From Clostridia bacterium (GTDB taxonomy: Bacteria > Bacillota > Clostridia > Oscillospirales > CAG-272): DNA of 64,000 bases. The position numbers and the translations under genes were made by a program. Each line of letters starts with the position of its first letter. Position 1 is the first letter of the stretch. Below are positions 60,156-64,000 of the stretch, piece by piece. Location of the stretch: positions 29,918 to 93,917 of the forward strand of contig JAFTXX010000005.1 in the NCBI GenBank assembly GCA_017461475.1, read 5' to 3'. The notes beneath the pieces were generated by a model. That model saw only the letters and a list, made by a program, of their open reading frames with translations. It was not told the origin of the DNA and did not search any database.

Positions 60156-60308
60156 AAAATTATTGTTTATGTTACAAACATCTCCGCCCGAGATCGCAAC
60201 GCTGACGCTCAAGGAACCGAAGGTTCCTGCCATACTCGCAAAGCGAGTATGGGCGGAGTGAAGGATCTCGCGGGGAGATGTTTGCTACTCCACTAAACAT
60301 TTATTTAC
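60156..60308 (+). repeat. MITE-like repeat, copy 6 (short form: inner palindrome deleted, cassette retained)
   Basis: Same termini as copy 5. The junction GCTCAAGGA|ACCGAAGG joins the left arm directly to the cassette. Confidence 0.9.
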
Positions 60309-60355
60309 TCTTCTTTAATAATCTTAGGCTTTTTATTTATTATTACAATCTTTCT

Positions 60356-60865
60356 TCATATTTTATATACTCTGTTCGGAAGTCTTTCCGCCACGGCTCT
60401 CGGCTGCCCGTCGGGGTAACCGATGATGAGATTGCCTATGCCCTCGTAGTCGCCTTCTATGCCGAGGGAGCGGAGAATTTCTTTGCCTTCCTCGCTCTCG
60501 AACACTTCTTTTGCGCGATGTATCCAACAACTGCCGAGGTCGAGTGCGTGAGCGGCGAGCATCATGTTGCCCATGGCAAGCGAACCGTCGTAGACATAGG
60601 TAGGTTTACTTTTATCAGCGAGGACTATAAGCACGGCGGGTGCGCCGTAAAACGGGTCGATGTCCGCGCCCATCACGGCGGCGTTAAGCTTGGCAATGCG
60701 GTCGCGCATTGCTTTATCGGTGACGGCGACAATGATAGGCGACTGCCAGTTGCGTCCGTTTGCCGCGTAGAGACCCGCGTTTATGATTTTATCAATGATT
60801 TCTGCGGGAGGCATGGTCGGTTTATAACACTTTGTGCTTCTGCGGGACATTATTTTTTCGTACAT
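60356..60865 (-). CDS. Nitroreductase-family protein
   Basis: IMSRRSTKCYKPT..., GLYAANGRNWQSP, and a C-terminal ...IGYP motif. The start overlaps the copA 3' end; an alternative ATG at 60850 forms TAATG with the copA stop. Confidence 0.8.
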   Translation of the reverse strand: MYEKIMSRRSTKCYKPTMPPAEIIDKIINAGLYAANGRNWQSPIIVAVTDKAMRDRIAKLNAAVMGADIDPFYGAPAVLIVLADKSKPTYVYDGSLAMGNMMLAAHALDLGSCWIHRAKEVFESEEGKEILRSLGIEGDYEGIGNLIIGYPDGQPRAVAERLPNRVYKI

Positions 60866-63321
60866 ATTTCTTTTACCTTGTACCCTTCTGCCTCTACGGC
60901 TTTTTTCAGTTTATTGTCAGCAACATCTGCACTCAGTTTGACTGTTGCAATGCCATCCTTGTGGCTTGCGGCGGCTTCGGTAACGCCGCTCAGAGCTTCA
61001 AGGCACTTTTTAACTGCCGCTTCGCAGTGACCGCACATCATACCTTCGATTTTAATTTCTTTTTCAAGCGTTACCGCGGCGGCGCTTTCGGCTCGCTTAT
61101 CGGCTTTAAAGAAATTGAGACGCAACGCATTCATAACGACGCAAAAGCTCGAAAGGCTCATTGCCGCCGCGCCGAACATGGGGTCCATTTCAAGTCCGAA
61201 AAGGGGTATCCAAACGCCCGCGGCGAGAGGTATGCCAATGATGTTGTATATAAACGCCCAGAAGAGATTCTCACGGATGTTGCGCAGAGTTTTGCGGCTG
61301 AGACGCACCGCAGAAACCGCGTCAACAAGACTTGAGTGCATAAGCACGACATCTGCCGCGTCTATAGCTACGTCTGCACCCGCGCCTATGGCGATACCTA
61401 TATCGGCACTTGTAAGTGCGGGCGCGTCGTTTATGCCGTCGCCGACCATTGCCACCATACCGCCCACGGAAAGCTCCTTTACGGCTTCGGCTTTATTCTG
61501 CGGGAGAATGCCGGCGCGTACTTCGTCAATGCCTACTTTTTCGGCAATGGCTTTGGCGGTGCGCTCGTTGTCACCCGTAAGCATGACTGTGCGTATGCCG
61601 AGCGATTTAAACGCTTTAATTGCGGCGGCGCTGTCCTCTTTTACTGTGTCAGCTACCGCTATGATGCCGATATATTTTCCGCCATGGCAGAACATAATGG
61701 GGGTTTTACCCTCAGATGCGAGTTTTTCCGCGGCTGAAACGGTCTCTGTGGTGAGATTTACGAGGGATGAAATGTAGCTCAGGCTGCCGCCGTGTGCGGT
61801 TTCGCCGTTAACATTTGCAGTGAGACCTTTGCCTGCTACGGCTTCAAAATTCTCACTGTCGGGAGCGGCAATTCCCTTCTCCGCGGCGTATGCAATAACC
61901 GCTTTGCCGAGAGGATGTTCACTTTTGCTTTCAAGAGATGCGGCGATTGAGACAAGCTCGGTTTCGGTGGTACCGCACGGAATCACATCGGTGACGCTTG
62001 GCTCGCCGCGGGTTATGGTGCCTGTTTTATCAAGTGCAACTACTTTAACTTTACCCGTCTGTTCAAGTGATGCGGCGGTTTTGAAAAGTATACCGTTCTT
62101 TGCACCGACGCCGCTTGCAACCATTATGGCAACGGGAGTTGCCAGTCCCAGTGCGCAGGGGCAACTGATGACAAGTACAGAAATTCCGCGAGCAAGTGCA
62201 AATCCTACAGTCTGCCCCGCAAACATCCATACAGCAAATGTTATTGCGGCTATGGCGATTACCGTGGGAACGAAAATACCCGAAACTTTATCCGCCATTT
62301 TTGCAACTGGCGCCTTGGTTGCCGCCGCGTCGCTTACCATTTTGATAATGCCCGAAAAAGTGGTATCTTCTCCGACATGAGTGGCTTCGCAGGTGAGAAA
62401 TCCCGATTTGTTTATTGTTGCGGCATACACATGCGAGCCGACAGTTTTATCAACGGGAAGGCTTTCTCCCGTTAGCGCGGACTCGTCAACGGCTCCGCCG
62501 CCGTCTGCGAGAATGCCGTCGCACGGGATGCTTTCTCCGGGGCGAACCACAAAGATATCGCCTCTGTTAACATCGGAAACGGGAACTGTTATTTCCTTGC
62601 CGTCGCGTATGACATTTGCGGTTTTGGGTGCAAGGCGCATGAGACCTTTGAGCGCGTCGGTGGTCTTGCCTTTTGCGCGTGCTTCAAGCATTTTGCCGAC
62701 GGTGATAAGCGTTAAAATCATCGCCGCGGACTCAAAATAAAGTCCGTGCAATGAATGCATAGCTTCCTCGGCGGTTTGTGCCGTCATAAGAAACAACACG
62801 ACGGTACTGTATCCGAACGCCGCCGCCGAACCGAGCGCGACAAGCGTATCCATATTGGGCGCACCTTTGACAAGTCCTTTGAAGCCGCTGACGAAGAATT
62901 TGCCGTTGATTATCATAACGGCAATTGTGAGCAGCATTTGCGCCATTGCGGTAGCTACGGGGTTGCCTTCAAAAAATGCGGGCAGCGGCCATCCCCACAT
63001 ACTGTGCCCCATAGAGATGTACATGAGAAGCGCCAAAAAGCCAACCGATGTCACAAGTCGGCGGACAAGCTTTGGCGTTTCGGTGTCTTTTAGTTCATCC
63101 TCAGCGGCTGTTTTTTGTTTTGAGCCTTTTTTCGATGCACCGTAGCCTGCGGCTACTACTGCGGCGATGATTTCCTGTTCGGTTGCGGTACCGCTTACGT
63201 TCATTGAATTAGTCAAAAGGTTGACTGAACATTCGGTGACATTTTCAAGTGCGGAAACGGCTTTTTCAACGCGCGCACTGCACGCGGCACAGCTCATTCC
63301 CGTTACATTATACTGTTCCAT
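60850..63321 (-). CDS. copA: Copper-translocating P1B-type ATPase with N- and C-terminal HMA domains
   Basis: N-terminal GMSCAACSARV, TM CPCALGLATP, DKTGTIT, GDGINDAP, and a C-terminal second HMA IEGMMCGHCEAAV. Confidence 0.9.
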   Translation of the reverse strand: MEQYNVTGMSCAACSARVEKAVSALENVTECSVNLLTNSMNVSGTATEQEIIAAVVAAGYGASKKGSKQKTAAEDELKDTETPKLVRRLVTSVGFLALLMYISMGHSMWGWPLPAFFEGNPVATAMAQMLLTIAVMIINGKFFVSGFKGLVKGAPNMDTLVALGSAAAFGYSTVVLFLMTAQTAEEAMHSLHGLYFESAAMILTLITVGKMLEARAKGKTTDALKGLMRLAPKTANVIRDGKEITVPVSDVNRGDIFVVRPGESIPCDGILADGGGAVDESALTGESLPVDKTVGSHVYAATINKSGFLTCEATHVGEDTTFSGIIKMVSDAAATKAPVAKMADKVSGIFVPTVIAIAAITFAVWMFAGQTVGFALARGISVLVISCPCALGLATPVAIMVASGVGAKNGILFKTAASLEQTGKVKVVALDKTGTITRGEPSVTDVIPCGTTETELVSIAASLESKSEHPLGKAVIAYAAEKGIAAPDSENFEAVAGKGLTANVNGETAHGGSLSYISSLVNLTTETVSAAEKLASEGKTPIMFCHGGKYIGIIAVADTVKEDSAAAIKAFKSLGIRTVMLTGDNERTAKAIAEKVGIDEVRAGILPQNKAEAVKELSVGGMVAMVGDGINDAPALTSADIGIAIGAGADVAIDAADVVLMHSSLVDAVSAVRLSRKTLRNIRENLFWAFIYNIIGIPLAAGVWIPLFGLEMDPMFGAAAMSLSSFCVVMNALRLNFFKADKRAESAAAVTLEKEIKIEGMMCGHCEAAVKKCLEALSGVTEAAASHKDGIATVKLSADVADNKLKKAVEAEGYKVKEICTKK

Positions 63322-63359
63322 TTATTTGCAAACTCCTAAGTTAGTTACTGCTTACTTAA

Positions 63360-63388
63360 ATTGTAGCCTTGTTTGAGCAATTTGTCAA
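63360..63388 (-). promoter_or_regulatory. copA promoter
   Basis: TTGACA - 17 nt - TACAAT on the minus strand. The -35 lies in one arm of the inverted repeat TTGTCAAG-N9-CTTGACAA (63382-63406). Confidence 0.6.
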
Positions 63389-63429
63389 GGGTATATACTT
63401 GACAAGTGTGGTAAAATTAAAATGAAAGA

Positions 63430-63591
63430 AAAATTAATGTTTATGTTACTAACATCTCCGCCCGAGATCGCAACGCTAACGCTCAAGGATGACAAGGAAC
63501 CGAAGGTTCCTGCCATACTCGCAAAGCGAGTATGGCAGGAGTGAAGGATCTCGCGGGGAGATGTTTGCTTCTTCGCTAAACATTAATTTAC
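63430..63591 (+). repeat. MITE-like repeat, copy 7 (short form, a different deletion junction, cassette retained)
   Basis: Junction GGATGACAAGG|AACCGAAGG. Termini AAAATTAATGTTTATG... and ...TAAACATTAATTTAC. Ends 13 nt before the tcdA RBS. Confidence 0.9.
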
Positions 63592-63615
63592 ACCAACATT
63601 CACTGGAGAAATCAT

Positions 63616-64000
63616 ATGTCCGAACAATTTTCGCGTACCGAGAGGCTTATCGGTGCGGATGCTTTGAATAAACTTAAAAACGCGCGTGTGGCGGTGTTTG
63701 GTATCGGCGGTGTGGGAAGTTATACCGTTGAGGCGCTGGCGCGCGCGGGAGTGGGTGCGCTTGACCTTATTGACAACGACGATGTTGCCGAAAGTAACCT
63801 TAACCGTCAGATAATTGCCCTGCACTCAACCGTGGGAAAAGCCAAAGTAGATGTCGCGGCGGCGAGGGTCAAAGACATTAATCCAAACTGTACCGTGACG
63901 TGTCACAAGATGTTTGTTCTGCCCGAAAATATTGAGCAACTGCCGCTTTCATCCTATGACTTTATTGTTGATGCCATAGACACGGTTTCATCCAAAATTG
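63616..64000 (+). CDS. tcdA: tRNA threonylcarbamoyladenosine dehydratase (ThiF/E1-like), N-terminal part; runs off the window
   Basis: My translation from the ATG at 63616 (GGAGAA RBS) reads MSEQFSRTERLIGADALNKLKNARVAVFGIGGVGSYTVEALARAGVGALDLIDNDDVAESNLNRQI. This contains the ThiF-family Rossmann motif and resembles TcdA/CsdL. Confidence 0.75.
   Translation, partial: MSEQFSRTERLIGADALNKLKNARVAVFGIGGVGSYTVEALARAGVGALDLIDNDDVAESNLNRQIIALHSTVGKAKVDVAAARVKDINPNCTVTCHKMFVLPENIEQLPLSSYDFIVDAIDTVSSKI

Noticed and set aside
63399-63427. Plus-strand promoter for tcdA using the TTGACA in the right arm of the copA inverted repeat
   Set aside because: No acceptable -10 hexamer occurs at 16-18 nt spacing (ATGAAA or AATGAA), so the tcdA promoter remains unassigned.

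Overview
Chromosomal segment of a spore-forming, dockerin-encoding Clostridia genome, probably Oscillospiraceae/Ruminococcaceae-like. That assignment is inferred from gene content only. Most genes are on the minus strand.

Gene order, left to right:
- A Bacillus-type glcT-ptsG-ptsH-ptsI PTS operon, with a RAT/terminator riboregulator that I found upstream of glcT.
- A compact three-gene operon: SDR, short glycyl-radical enzyme (GRE), and GRE activase. Its substrate is unknown.
- Spore-related LysM proteins (DUF3794/SipL-like and YaaH-like).
- A 1226-aa secreted protein with beta-helix modules, a VanY/M15 domain and a dockerin, next to a divergent hybrid regulator.
- A LysR/LysE pair.
- An FAD oxidoreductase translationally coupled to a secreted lectin/Big_2/C39-like protein.
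- VanZ, GT4 and MurJ.
- tRNA-Pro(GGG).
- GNAT and an LtaS-family enzyme.
- A 10-gene flavin/ion-pump block: rnfCDGEAB, NusG_II, Gx transporter, a duplicated lipoprotein and ApbE.
- Secreted repeat, GH43 and C39-like proteins.
- galT, galM, glycerate kinase and a LarA homologue.
- A BNR-dockerin protein.
- A glycogen operon (unknown gene, glgC, glgD, glgA, glgP, GH13).
- Nitroreductase, copA and a partial tcdA.

Main observations:
- The most striking non-genic signal is a family of seven MITE-like nested-palindrome repeats of 153-246 bp. All copies are intergenic, and they occur in three architectural variants.
- The other leads are the uncharacterised GRE operon, an RnfG about twice the usual length with two FMN-binding domains, and a tandem-duplicated FMN_bind-like lipoprotein that has AGCT where SGAT is expected.
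- I saw no CRISPR array, rRNA, prophage, integrase, transposase or recognisable defence system.

Limits: all calls come from reading the sequence and the ORF track. No database search was run. Coordinates of small features were counted by hand and may be off by 1-2 nt.
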